From the NCBI GenBank assembly GCA_037200965.1, contig JBBCGK010000001.1, forward strand, positions 704,001-768,000: a DNA stretch of 64,000 bases, given 5' to 3'. Source of the DNA: a bacterium (GTDB lineage Bacteria > Patescibacteriota > Minisyncoccia > Phycocordibacterales > Phycocordibacteraceae). Below are positions 48,577 through 58,200 of this stretch, in pieces. Made by a program: the position numbers and the translations under genes. Numbering within the stretch: the first letter of the stretch is position 1; each line of letters begins with the position of its first letter. Under the pieces are notes generated by a model. The model searched no databases, was not told the DNA's origin, and worked only from the letters and a program-made list of their open reading frames with translations.

Positions 48577-49089
48577 ATGAATATCGCTACCATCATCCGC
48601 GTTAGCGGGGTCGTGCTTCCGGATGTCGTCGACCTGATCGGTCGCGGCACGGATTTCTGGAAAGGACCGCTCGATGGCGACGGCCGCGACGGGGACTACG
48701 TCCGCGACCTGATCGCGTGCGACCTCGCCGAGATCGATACGCTTAAGCTTACCCATGACACGTTCTTGGTCGCCCGCGAAACGGCGATGACGGGTCTCGA
48801 GCGCTTGCAGCGTCTCGAAGCGCTCCGGCACAAGGGCTGGTTCATTCCCGGCGCGGCGCTCGCTCTCGCGTTCAAAGAGCGCCCATCGCTGTATCCGTCG
48901 CTCTGGAAAGAACCCGTGCACGGATCCGCGCTGGTCATTTCCTTCGACGGGCAGGTGTTCCGGAGCGTCACGGGCAAGCCTTGCACGATCCATTCGCACT
49001 GGGACGGAAGGCGCGTCAATCTCCATTATTCCTCCCTTCTCGCGGAACGCGGCAGGCGCAATCCTTCCGCGCTTCTCAAGGCCTCGTGA
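48577..49089 (+). CDS. hypothetical protein (uncertain)
   Basis: 170-aa ORF. It competes with an R-rich antisense ORF. No motif recognised. Confidence 0.3.
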   Translation: MNIATIIRVSGVVLPDVVDLIGRGTDFWKGPLDGDGRDGDYVRDLIACDLAEIDTLKLTHDTFLVARETAMTGLERLQRLEALRHKGWFIPGAALALAFKERPSLYPSLWKEPVHGSALVISFDGQVFRSVTGKPCTIHSHWDGRRVNLHYSSLLAERGRRNPSALLKAS

Positions 49090-49176
49090 TCCCGAAACAT
49101 CGTTATGGGCCTCGTACCGGCAGCGGTGCGGGGCTCATAATCTTTACCCGCACCGGACACGTGATAGAGTGGCGCT

Positions 49177-49470
49177 ATGGCGACGAAGGAAGACGTGCAA
49201 AAGCTCGCAAGCCTTGCCCGCATCAGGGTGGTCGAGGAGGAACTTCAGAAATTCACCGAAGAATTCGACTCCATTCTCGCGTACGTGGGGAAGCTCGAGG
49301 AGCTTGCGATCGATACGAAAGGGGCGCAGGGGCTTCCGGCGCTCCGGAACGTATTTCGCGAAGACGGCGAACCGCACGAGTCCGGGGCGTACACCGGAAA
49401 GCTTGTCGAGGCATTTCCCGGGAAGGAGGGCAATCTGCTTTCCGTAAAGCAGATCATCACGCATGACTAA
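49177..49470 (+). CDS. gatC: Asp-tRNA(Asn)/Glu-tRNA(Gln) amidotransferase subunit C
   Basis: MATKEDVQKLASLARIRVVEEELQKFTEEFDSILAYVGKLEEL. Length 97 aa. Overlaps gatA. Confidence 0.85.
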   Translation: MATKEDVQKLASLARIRVVEEELQKFTEEFDSILAYVGKLEELAIDTKGAQGLPALRNVFREDGEPHESGAYTGKLVEAFPGKEGNLLSVKQIITHD

Positions 49471-50884
49471 GCCGAACGAACTTTCGATAACGGAAGCCGC
49501 GCGCGCTTTGCGCGCCGGGGAATTCTCCGTGCGCGAACTCTGGGATGCGTGCGCCTTAGCCGCGCGCGAAAGGAACCCGGAGCTCAATGCCTATCTCGAA
49601 TTGTTTGAAGCGGACGAGGAAGCGATAGCGTCCGCGCAAAAGCGCATCGACGAAGAAGGGGATGGGGCGCCCATGCTCTGCGGCATTCCGCTTGCGATCA
49701 AAGACAACATCATGATCGAGGGCAGGGTCGCGAGCGCCGCCTCGAAGATGCTTGAGAATCACCGGGCGGCGTATGACGCGACTGTTATCAAAAAGCTTAA
49801 GGAGGCGGGCGCGCTCTTCGTCGGCCGCACGAACCTCGATGAATTCGCGATGGGAAGCTCGACCGAGAGTTCCGCATTCGGCCCTTCAAGAAATCCCTAT
49901 GACACCTCGAGAGTTCCCGGCGGTTCTTCCGGCGGCTCGGCGAGCGCAGTCGCCGCGCATATGGCGCTCGGCGCGCTTGGGACCGACACTGGCGGATCCA
50001 TCCGGCAACCCGCGGCGCACACGGGCCTTGTCGGCCTCAAGCCGACTTACGGTGCCGTTTCCCGTTCCGGCCTCATCGCGCTCGGCAGCAGCCTCGACCA
50101 GGCCGGGCCTCTTGCGAAAACCGTTGCCGACGCGAAAGCGATCTTTGACGCGATTCGCGGCGCGGATCCGCTTGATGCGACCAGTGTCCCGAACGGACTG
50201 TATGCGCCGCGAGCGCTTAGCCAAACGCTTCGCATCGGCGTGCCGCGCCATCTGCTTGAATCGGGCATCGACGAAGACGTAAAGGCTTCTTTTGAGGCCG
50301 CCCTTGCCGTTCTCCAGAAAGCCGGGCATCAAATCGTCGACGTGTCGCTTCCGACGAGCTCCTATGCGCTTCCCGTGTATTACGTCATCATGCCAGCTGA
50401 GGCGTCGACCAATCTCGCCCGCTACGACGGCATACGGTACGGTCTTGCGAAACGCGGCGAGACGCTGCTTTCGGACTATATCGAAAGCCGGTCAAAAGGG
50501 TTCGGTCCCGAAACGCGCCGCCGCATTCTTCTTGGCACCTTCGTACTTTCTTCCGGTTATATCGACGCGTATTACCGCAAGGCGCATGCGGCACGCACGC
50601 TTCTGACTTCCGAATACGGCGCGGCGTTCGAGGCGTGCGATGTGATCGCGTTTCCGACGACGCCATCCCCGGCATTCAAATTCGGCGAGAAGAGCGATCC
50701 GGTTTCCATGTACCTTGAAGATATCTTTACGGTCACGGCGAACCTTACAGGCATGCCGGCAATTTCCGTCCCTATGGGGACCGTGGAGCGGGATGGAAAG
50801 GCCCTTCCGGTCGGCATCCAGTTCACCGCACCCAAGGGCGGGGAAGACTCCTTGTTTACAATCGGCGCGGCTGTGACCACATAG
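49463..50884 (+). CDS. gatA: Asp-tRNA(Asn)/Glu-tRNA(Gln) amidotransferase subunit A (amidase)
   Basis: Amidase signature GGSSGGSASAVAA and catalytic Ser/Lys context. Confidence 0.9.
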   Translation: MTKPNELSITEAARALRAGEFSVRELWDACALAARERNPELNAYLELFEADEEAIASAQKRIDEEGDGAPMLCGIPLAIKDNIMIEGRVASAASKMLENHRAAYDATVIKKLKEAGALFVGRTNLDEFAMGSSTESSAFGPSRNPYDTSRVPGGSSGGSASAVAAHMALGALGTDTGGSIRQPAAHTGLVGLKPTYGAVSRSGLIALGSSLDQAGPLAKTVADAKAIFDAIRGADPLDATSVPNGLYAPRALSQTLRIGVPRHLLESGIDEDVKASFEAALAVLQKAGHQIVDVSLPTSSYALPVYYVIMPAEASTNLARYDGIRYGLAKRGETLLSDYIESRSKGFGPETRRRILLGTFVLSSGYIDAYYRKAHAARTLLTSEYGAAFEACDVIAFPTTPSPAFKFGEKSDPVSMYLEDIFTVTANLTGMPAISVPMGTVERDGKALPVGIQFTAPKGGEDSLFTIGAAVTT

Positions 50885-50900
50885 CGGTTATACTTAGGGA

Positions 50901-51482
50901 ATGCAAACCACGGGCGACGTCAACTTTCTCAACCTCGAGTGGTGGTTCCGCCTCATCTACGAACTTGCGTTCGGCTCCCATTCCTTCTCGTCCGCCGGTT
51001 TCGGCGCCTTCCTTTCGCGGGTGTGGCTGTGGGTGACGGTCGTCGGCTCGATCGTCGCGGTTCTCTCGCTCGTCGTAATCGCGTATTGCATCATGCGGCT
51101 CTTCGAACTCCGGAAGAAGGAATCCGAAGCGCTCGGGCCCGTTATCCATCTCGCAAAAGATAACGGTGCGAATCCTCGCTGGGTCCATATACAGTCGCTC
51201 ATGGACGGCGCGAATCCGAGCCAGTGGAGAGAAGCGATACTCGAAGCCGACATCCTGCTTGAGGATATGCTTAAGGAGCAGCGCTATACGGGCGCCGGAG
51301 TGGGGGAGATGCTTAAACAGGTTGAGCGCTCGGATTTCAATACGCTCGACGCGGCGTGGGAGGCACACCGGGTCAGAAACGACATCGCGCACCGCGGCTC
51401 TACGATCGAGCTCACCGAACAGCTCGCCCGGCGTACCATCGCCAAGTATGAATCCGTATTCAGGGAGTTCGACATGATTTAG
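50901..51482 (+). CDS. hypothetical membrane protein
   Basis: N-terminal TM pair. The C-terminal helical region contains an R-x4-H (RNDIAH), a HEPN-like motif, but the call is weak. Confidence 0.45.
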   Translation: MQTTGDVNFLNLEWWFRLIYELAFGSHSFSSAGFGAFLSRVWLWVTVVGSIVAVLSLVVIAYCIMRLFELRKKESEALGPVIHLAKDNGANPRWVHIQSLMDGANPSQWREAILEADILLEDMLKEQRYTGAGVGEMLKQVERSDFNTLDAAWEAHRVRNDIAHRGSTIELTEQLARRTIAKYESVFREFDMI

Positions 51483-51590
51483 GGCGGCGGGTTGCAAAGC
51501 CCATTTTAGAGGTGTAGTCTTGGTGTATAGCGGAACAGATGAGTAGCTATTCCGTGGGGAAGAAATCAGCGTGTGCCTACTCAAAAAGAC

Positions 51591-51882
51591 AGCGGGGTAG
51601 AGGAGTGGTACCTCGGGAGGCTTGAATTATTCGGGCGTGCGCGCGAGCAATTGCGCGTAAGATCATCTGCCAAATTCGGTGAAACCCTCCTGCGCGAAAG
51701 CACAGACGGCAACGCCGAGCCAAGCCCTAAGAGCAATCGAAGGGAAGGTGTAGAGACTAGACGGTAGACATCCCGCAGGGGATGAAGGCATAGTCCAGAC
51801 CACAAATCATTCGTGCGAGAGCGGCGAAAGCCGTAGTGGTAGGCATAACCTCCAGACTCGGGTTCGAATCCCGACCCCGCAA
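51591..51882 (+). tRNA. tRNA(CAU) (Met/fMet/Ile2-type) interrupted by a ~221-nt group I intron in the anticodon loop
   Basis: 5' exon AGCGGGG-TA-GAGG-AGTGGTA-CCTC-G-GGAGG-CT (51591-51622). 3' exon CATAA-CCTCC-AGAC-TCGGG-TTCGAAT-CCCGA-CCCCGCA-A (51844-51882). The exons join to a normal cloverleaf with anticodon loop CUCAUAA. Confidence 0.65.
51623..51843 (+). ncRNA. group I intron (self-splicing ribozyme) within tRNA(CAU)
   Basis: The 5' exon ends in U and the intron ends in G. Core elements: P-like CAATTGCGCGTAAG; R-like GTGTAGAGACTAGAC (consensus GUUCAGAGACUA); S-like AAGGCATAGTCC (consensus AAGAUAUAGUCC). The P7 pairing is GACUA/UAGUC. Confidence 0.6.
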
Positions 51883-51949
51883 CAAGCTTGTGATAGTGGA
51901 ACCCAGACCGGTGCGCCTGCAAAAGCAGTTCAGTATCGGTCCGGATCAA

Positions 51950-51978
51950 AAACAGAAAAGACGCCCACGGGCGTCTTT
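51950..51978 (+). terminator. rho-independent terminator after the tRNA (AGACGCCC-ACGG-GGCGTCT + TTTTCTGTT)
   Basis: Perfect 8-bp GC stem with a T-run. Confidence 0.6.
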
Positions 51979-52054
51979 TCTGTTGGAATATAAATAAAAG
52001 GAGCATATAAACGACAAGGCCCCGATATACATCGGAGCCTCTAGGCGTCGCACT

Positions 52055-52471
52055 TTATGCAGACTTTCGTCTACGATACGCTGGAATATTCAATCCGCCA
52101 TACATCTTGCGGTACTCGGCTGTATCCACTTCGGGATCGCGGTCAAGTCGCTCGTAAATAACGGACGAGAGAAAATACGCCACTACTTTGCGGAGACACT
52201 CCACAGGCGAACTCCAAGTCTTCGCAAACTCAATCATTTCCTGTGGAAGAACCATAAACGCTTCGTCTTGTTCGAGCGCTCCCATGATTTTGCCCAGGGT
52301 TTCCGGGCTCATCTTGGCAACGTCACCTGCGAGCAGGCCAGGAAAAATCTGGTGGAGAAACAAATGGCGCTTGCCAAGCTGATAATCCTCCGGGTAAGGC
52401 TGATCGTAGACTTGGTCGAAGCGATTGCGACGAATCAGGTCGTTGGTGAGGTCTTCAATGTACTTCCTCAT
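52055..52471 (-). CDS. hypothetical protein
   Basis: 138 aa, balanced composition. No motif recognised. Confidence 0.4.
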   Translation of the reverse strand: MRKYIEDLTNDLIRRNRFDQVYDQPYPEDYQLGKRHLFLHQIFPGLLAGDVAKMSPETLGKIMGALEQDEAFMVLPQEMIEFAKTWSSPVECLRKVVAYFLSSVIYERLDRDPEVDTAEYRKMYGGLNIPAYRRRKSA

Positions 52472-52640
52472 TTTTATCTCCTTTCAGAGATTTCCCGCGC
52501 CCGAAAATTCGGTTCGCACTAGCCGGAAATCCGGCACAGCGAAGGGAAGCAGAGGGGCTTCCTGGGCGGTCCGACGGGTCATGCCTGTCGATATTTACTA
52601 TATACCATGCCATGACACTATAGTCAATAGCCGATGGTGG

Positions 52641-53482
52641 GGCATTCAGACTCAGTTGGCACAGCTCCCATACCATGGAAGCTATGTACACTCTCAAACA
52701 GATACCGAGCGAAGCGCAGATTCGGAAGTTCTTGCGCCGTACGCTCTTCGGCAAGAACGTGTTCTGTCCTTCGTGCCGGTCACGAAGGATCGAAAAGCAA
52801 CAGGAGCGGTATCGGTGCCGCACGTGCCGCATCCGCTTCTCCCTCACCTCGCACACCTGGCTCTCGAATCTGAAGCTCCCCCTCGAGCAGTGGTGGGTGC
52901 TGCTCTGGTGCTGGACCATACAAGAGCCGGTACGCCAAGCCGTCACGCTCTCTGGCCTTCCGGAACGCACGGTCAGGCGTTGGTATGCCACCTTCAGGCT
53001 CCATTTGCCCCAGGAAACCCATGTGCTCGAACGTATCGTCCAAATGGACGAAGCGTACTTCAAAAACGCCGCGCTCGTCATGGCCAAGCAGAAAGGTACG
53101 AGAAAGCTCGCCTTCGAGGTATTCCACGGCAGGTACCCAACCAAGACTGATGCCGTCTCATTCCTGTTCGAGCATGTGGCGCCGGGAAGCGAGCTCTGGA
53201 CCGATGGCGGGTCGATATACAAGAACATCAGCCAACGCTGGCCGGTGTCGCACCAGCGAGATATTCACTCCAAATTCGAGTTCGAGCACACCTCTGAGAT
53301 CGAGGGAATGTTCGGGGTATACCGCACCTTCGTGCGCAGGATGTATCATCATCACTGGAGCGAGAACTTGGAGGAATACGTGAGGGAATTCTGCTTCAGA
53401 TTTTCCTCGCCGGAAATCTTCAATTCGCCCCGTATTTACTTAACGAAATCACTCACGCTTGTGCCAACTTGTTCTTAATACC
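52641..53482 (+). mobile_element. IS1595-family insertion sequence (approximate ends)
   Basis: Imperfect terminal inverted repeats containing AGTTGGCACA / TGTGCCAACT. Flanked by the direct repeat CCGATGGTGG (52631-52640 and 53483-53492). Confidence 0.55.
52675..53478 (+). CDS. IS1595-family (ISXO2-like) transposase
   Basis: N-terminal Zn-ribbon CPSC...CRTC, then the DDE region (DEAYF... / ...ELWTDGGSIY...). Length 267 aa. Confidence 0.75.
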   Translation: MEAMYTLKQIPSEAQIRKFLRRTLFGKNVFCPSCRSRRIEKQQERYRCRTCRIRFSLTSHTWLSNLKLPLEQWWVLLWCWTIQEPVRQAVTLSGLPERTVRRWYATFRLHLPQETHVLERIVQMDEAYFKNAALVMAKQKGTRKLAFEVFHGRYPTKTDAVSFLFEHVAPGSELWTDGGSIYKNISQRWPVSHQRDIHSKFEFEHTSEIEGMFGVYRTFVRRMYHHHWSENLEEYVREFCFRFSSPEIFNSPRIYLTKSLTLVPTCS

Positions 53483-53830
53483 CCGATGGTGGTTCCATAC
53501 CGGCCCGTCTCGGTCGTCTGCAAAGAGATCGAAGGTCTTCTGGAAGGCAGGTAGCTTCATATGTTGAACAGTGGGCGGAAGAGCGGCACACAGAGTGCCG
53601 CTCTTTTCCTTTGCATGTCGTCACTAAGCCAGGGGACATGACATCAAGGGGAGCCCCTCTCTCGTTTTTCGAGCATCCTGTGCGTTGGCACAGAACAGAG
53701 CATCAAGACAGGGCATTCCTGAAAAGGGTATCTGTGGCGTATACTGTGGCTACTTAATGCGGGTGCGTTAAGGGCCGGGTTGCGACGGCGTGGAAGCCGT
53801 TATTCACGTTAGCAACTTACCTTCTGCACT

Positions 53831-54289
53831 ATGAACGATTCCATGGGGATGATGGTCGGCGGCGCCATGATGCTGCCCTCCAAGAATATCGTCGAGAATG
53901 CGATGATGGCGAACAACGTCACGACGCTCGTCGCCGCCGTCAAAGCGGCGGGGCTCGCCGAGACGCTTTCCGGTGCCGGGCCCTTTACCGTCTTTGCTCC
54001 CACAAACGATGCGTTCGCGAAACTGCCCGCGGGTACCGTCGAAACGCTGCTCATGCCGGAAAACAAGGAACGGCTGGTTGGCATTCTAACGTACCATGTC
54101 GTGCCGGGCTCCTGGATGGCGGGCTCCCTTGCCGAAGGGGAACAGAAAGTCAAAACGGTGAACGGCAAGGAGCTCACGATCACCAAAAAGGGCGGGACAG
54201 TGTGGGTAAACGAAGCGATGGTAGAGATGGCGGACATCGTTTCTTCAAACGGCGTTACCCACCTTATCGACACGGTTCTGATGCCGTAA
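53831..54289 (+). CDS. fasciclin (FAS1) domain protein
   Basis: FAS1 motifs TVFAPTNDAFAKL and YHVVPG. Length 152 aa. Confidence 0.8.
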   Translation: MNDSMGMMVGGAMMLPSKNIVENAMMANNVTTLVAAVKAAGLAETLSGAGPFTVFAPTNDAFAKLPAGTVETLLMPENKERLVGILTYHVVPGSWMAGSLAEGEQKVKTVNGKELTITKKGGTVWVNEAMVEMADIVSSNGVTHLIDTVLMP

Positions 54290-54433
54290 CTTTCCGGCTC
54301 GTCCTCCGGATACCGCGAAACCGCCGTCAGGCGGTTTCGTCGCGTTACGAAAGAGCCGCTATCGCTTTCACTGCAATCCCGTACGGATATGCCCCGTACC
54401 AGGCATCTGTCTGATAGATGGTCATACGCATAT

Positions 54434-56401
54434 TTACTTTCGATCAGGGAACCGTATCCGCATTCTCGTGCCTTCGCCGAGCTCGCTTTCGACGGCGATC
54501 GATCCGCCCTGCTGTTCGATGATGCGCTTCGCGAACGCGAGACCGAGGCCGGTGCCTCGCGCGTCATAGGGTGTGTTCTTGCCGCGGTAAAAGCGCTCGA
54601 AAACGCGTTCCCGGTCCTCCGGCAGGATGCCGATGCCCGTATCGGATATGGAGAGCTCGGTTCCGCCGTCTGCCCGCGCGAGCGCGATCCGTATTTCTTT
54701 ACGGCCTTCGGCGCGCATGTACTTGACCGCGTTGCTCGCGATGTTCATGACCGCCTCGCGCAGCCGTTTTGCGTTTCCGCGGACGACGATGCCGGGCTCG
54801 ATGGCGCTCGTGACCTCTATGCCGCGCGGCGCGGCGATGATAACGAGTTCCTCCGCGATCTCCGCGCACAACTGCGTAAGCGGGACGTCTTCCGTCCCCT
54901 CGCTTGCGGCCTGGTCGAGGTTCGCGAGCGACAGGAGGTCGTAGATGAAGTTCGAGAGCGCCGAGAGCGACTGCTCGAAGCCCGCAACCTCGCCGTCGTT
55001 CACGAGAATGCGCTTCAGCCGTTCGATCTTGGTCTGGAAAATGGCGAGCGGGGTCTGGAGATTATGGGAAATATCGTTAAGCATCTGCCGCTGGCTTTCC
55101 TGCGCCCGGCGCAGTTCCTCGGTACGCTCCGCGACTTTTTGCTCGAGCTCTTCGGCATGCCGCTTGACCTGCTCGTACAGGCGGGCGCGCGAAAGCGCGG
55201 TCGCGGCCTGGTACGCGAACGTGGCGAGCAGTTTGGCGTCCTCGCTCGTGTACGCGTCTCCCGATCGTTTCTCGCCGATGCGTATGGCGCCGACGGTCGC
55301 GCCTTCGAACGCTATCGGCACGTACATCGTTCTTCCGCTCGGGTCTTCTTCATCCGCGTCCGAATCGGGAACGGAGATGCGGACGGACGATGCGCGGAAG
55401 ATGGTAATAAGCGCGGCCTCGGCCCTGGCGGTGAGTTCGCCGAAGTCGACGCTCGTGTAGAGCACCTCGCTCAGGTTCCGGAGCGCCTCGGCATAGTCGT
55501 AGGTGTCCTTGAAGAAAATCCTGTCGGTCATCCTGCGGAAGCAGCGCTCAATGAGGGGAGCGCTGAAGATGCCGACCGCGGCCGTGACGGTGCCGCCAAG
55601 GAATGCGGCGGTACCCGACTGCGCCCCGAGCGAGCCGAATGCGGTGATGGCCACGAGATAGAACCCGGTGATAAGACCGAGAAGCGCGCTGTAGATAAGA
55701 CCGCGCTGGATGACGACGCGGATATCCATGAGCTGATGCCGGACGATGGCGTAGGCCGTAAGGGCGACGAACGCGATCGAGGAGGCCGGTCCAAGCAGGT
55801 TGAGCTGGTACATGCCGAGATACGGGAAAATGAGATCGAACACGATGAAGCTTCCGGCAAAAATGAATATGCCGACCGCGAGGTAGAGGATCTGCATCCG
55901 CTGCTTCCCGCGCGCAACGGAGAGATTCCGGCTCAAAAACCACAGCGTCGCGGACACGTGTCCGATATTGGCGAGCGCGTAGACGGGAAAGAGGGGCCCG
56001 AGAATCGCGTGGATGATACCGTTTTCGTCGACGACGATGCCGAGTATGTAGAGGCCGAACGGCAGAAGGAGCGCCGTACACGCAAGCGGAAGGAAGAACC
56101 AGGCGAATCGGAATGATACGGGTTCCCGGGAAGCGAAGGTCCGCGCGAAGAGCGTCATGCCAAAGAGCATCACGATCCCGCCGCCAAGCGCCATCTTGTC
56201 GAACGCGAAGTTGTGCGTGACATAGAGAAGCGAAATACCGGACATCCAGAGCGCCGTGCCAAGCACGAACGCGAAGAAGGACATGTTCACGACGTTTTTC
56301 GGGTTCTTGGAGAGCACGAGCGCGCCGATAGAGAGATTGACCGCGGCGATGGCGAACAGGATCGCCTGTTCAAGACCGAGCGTAATCACGGGCAGATGCA
56401 T
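54434..56401 (-). CDS. sensor histidine kinase with large multi-TM N-terminal sensor domain
   Basis: About 8 TM helices, H-box ISHNLQTPL, N/G boxes (ASNAVKY, GTGLGLAF). The start was moved to the internal ATG 56401, behind an AT-rich promoter-like stretch. Confidence 0.8.
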   Translation of the reverse strand: MHLPVITLGLEQAILFAIAAVNLSIGALVLSKNPKNVVNMSFFAFVLGTALWMSGISLLYVTHNFAFDKMALGGGIVMLFGMTLFARTFASREPVSFRFAWFFLPLACTALLLPFGLYILGIVVDENGIIHAILGPLFPVYALANIGHVSATLWFLSRNLSVARGKQRMQILYLAVGIFIFAGSFIVFDLIFPYLGMYQLNLLGPASSIAFVALTAYAIVRHQLMDIRVVIQRGLIYSALLGLITGFYLVAITAFGSLGAQSGTAAFLGGTVTAAVGIFSAPLIERCFRRMTDRIFFKDTYDYAEALRNLSEVLYTSVDFGELTARAEAALITIFRASSVRISVPDSDADEEDPSGRTMYVPIAFEGATVGAIRIGEKRSGDAYTSEDAKLLATFAYQAATALSRARLYEQVKRHAEELEQKVAERTEELRRAQESQRQMLNDISHNLQTPLAIFQTKIERLKRILVNDGEVAGFEQSLSALSNFIYDLLSLANLDQAASEGTEDVPLTQLCAEIAEELVIIAAPRGIEVTSAIEPGIVVRGNAKRLREAVMNIASNAVKYMRAEGRKEIRIALARADGGTELSISDTGIGILPEDRERVFERFYRGKNTPYDARGTGLGLAFAKRIIEQQGGSIAVESELGEGTRMRIRFPDRK

Positions 56402-56479
56402 ATGGTTCTTATATATTCGCACGCTTTGAGGCAAAAAAATGCGCCCCGGGAATCTCCGTGGGCGCAAGTACGCATGTGG

Positions 56480-57034
56480 TTATTCCCCGAACGCCTGCCG
56501 GAGTTCCATGAGATAGAGCGTCGGCACGGGAGGCTCGGTGAAGTAGAGCATCCCCGCTTCGCCGACCATGGCAAGCACTTCGTCCGCGCGGAGCCGGGCA
56601 TTCCCGATTTCCCGGCAGACGATGCCAAGTTCGCCAAGACGCTTGACGCTGTACGGCTTCGCTTCGATGAGCATGTGCCGCTTGCCAAGCTCGTACGCGA
56701 CGCGCATGGCCGTACGGACCAGGAGATTCGATACTCCCGGCGCCGTCGCGATCCATCTCGTCCCCTGCACGATGTACGGACGGTCGAAGGGATACGGCGC
56801 GTCCTTCGGATCGAATGCGTAACGGCCTTCGATAGGGAAGGGAGAAGCGTCGGCCATTCCTTCAAGCACGATACTTCCGACGATCGCGCCCTTGGCGCGG
56901 GCAATGAAGATAAGCCCGCGCGTCGGGGGAGGCTCGCATTTAAAGCGCTCGCGCATCACCGGCTCGATATAGCCGATCGCTTCGAGGCGCTCCGTTTCGG
57001 AAAGGGCGAGGGAGACTTCAGCGCCGGACTGCAC
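56480..57034 (-). CDS. hypothetical protein (possible GNAT-fold acyltransferase)
   Basis: 184 aa. Overlaps the upstream E1-like gene by 17 nt, so it is probably co-transcribed. The fold assignment is weak. Confidence 0.4.
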   Translation of the reverse strand: MQSGAEVSLALSETERLEAIGYIEPVMRERFKCEPPPTRGLIFIARAKGAIVGSIVLEGMADASPFPIEGRYAFDPKDAPYPFDRPYIVQGTRWIATAPGVSNLLVRTAMRVAYELGKRHMLIEAKPYSVKRLGELGIVCREIGNARLRADEVLAMVGEAGMLYFTEPPVPTLYLMELRQAFGE

Positions 57035-58058
57035 GGGGCACCCACCCTTCCGAGACGACCTTCGCCTGCATGGTTGCGGCGTCGAACTGCATATATCCGG
57101 CCATCGGAGGTACGTGCGCGATGTTGCGCCTGACGCCCGAATTCCGGAGCAAATGCAGGAGGACGCGGTTCGCGAGAAAACCCGCCGCCATTATCGGATT
57201 CGTAGCGATGATCGGCGCTTTCCCTTCCTCGAAGATCCGGCGGTAGAAGGCCGCGGCGTTCGCTTCCGCTGTCTCCGGGCTGTATTCCGGAAGATCCGGA
57301 ACCACCGCTCCGAGAATCGCTTCCGCGATCATGCGCCCCGCCTCCGTATCGCCCGCGCCAGCGCTCGCGCGCAGCCGCTTCGCTTCTTCGTAGCCGAATC
57401 CGACCGCTTCTTCCATCGTCATGCTCTGCGGCGTGTAGAGGAAGAGGTTAGTGCAGAATCCGACCGTGTTGCAGTTGAAGAGCGGTACACCCTCCGCCCT
57501 TCCCCGCTCATGGAGCAGGATGCGCGCGTCAAGCGTGAGGAGCTCGATCTCGTCGAGCACCACGTCGCAGCCCGCAAGGAAGTGATCGACGGTCGTCTCG
57601 TCGATTCCCTGCGGATAGACGACGACCGTCGTGTCGTCGGTGACTTCGCGCGCATCGCGCGCGGTCGTGAGCGCCTTCGACATGCCGACCGTCCGGCGCT
57701 TCGCGCCGAACTGCCGGTTGATATTCGAGACATCGAACGTCTCGCAATCGGCCGTACGCACTTCGCCGACGCCCGCCCGCAGGAAGGCTGGCAGAAGCAG
57801 CCCTCCCATCCCCCCGCAGCCGGCGATGCCGACGACGGCGTCCTGGAGCATGGCCTGCTCGTTTCTCGTGATCCAACCCCAGTTCCGGTCGGTGCGGTTG
57901 CGGTAGTACTCTTCGTCTGCGTCTTTCGGAAGCAGCCGAAGCACGCTTGCTTGCGGCAGATCTTCCGGGATGTCCATCCCCTCGATAACCGTAAGCGAAT
58001 TGTGTTGCCCAGACATCAGATAGCTCCTTAGGTTTGCGATACGGCCCTGACAGAACAA
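57018..58058 (-). CDS. ThiF/MoeB/E1-like adenylyltransferase with ~75-aa N-terminal extension (MccB-like architecture)
   Basis: Rossmann motif VVGIAGCGGMGG and a downstream D-x-x-NINRQ motif. An AAGGAG ribosome-binding site lies 7 nt before the second ATG (58016), so the true start may be there. Confidence 0.7.
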   Translation of the reverse strand: MFCQGRIANLRSYLMSGQHNSLTVIEGMDIPEDLPQASVLRLLPKDADEEYYRNRTDRNWGWITRNEQAMLQDAVVGIAGCGGMGGLLLPAFLRAGVGEVRTADCETFDVSNINRQFGAKRRTVGMSKALTTARDAREVTDDTTVVVYPQGIDETTVDHFLAGCDVVLDEIELLTLDARILLHERGRAEGVPLFNCNTVGFCTNLFLYTPQSMTMEEAVGFGYEEAKRLRASAGAGDTEAGRMIAEAILGAVVPDLPEYSPETAEANAAAFYRRIFEEGKAPIIATNPIMAAGFLANRVLLHLLRNSGVRRNIAHVPPMAGYMQFDAATMQAKVVSEGWVPRAVRR

Positions 58059-58154
58059 GACCGCTCCCGATCATAGGAAGCGCGCGCTTCACGCCCGTTC
58101 AAGCGCCGCTCACGTTCCGCTTCGCTTGAAGTGAACGGTGGATGATTCGTGCAT

Positions 58155-58185
58155 AAAAATGCGTCCCGCCGAAGCGGGACGCAAA
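58155..58185 (-). terminator. rho-independent terminator after the methyltransferase gene (GCGTCCCGC-TTCG-GCGGGACGC + ATTTTTAT)
   Basis: 9-bp GC stem with a T-run on the minus strand, directly after the stop at 58201. Confidence 0.6.
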
Positions 58186-58200
58186 GAAGGGCGTATGCGG

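Noticed and set aside
51581-52006. 141-aa minus-strand ORF.
   Set aside because: It overlaps the group I intron and tRNA exons. The conserved ribozyme core elements and tRNA cloverleaf explain the sequence better.
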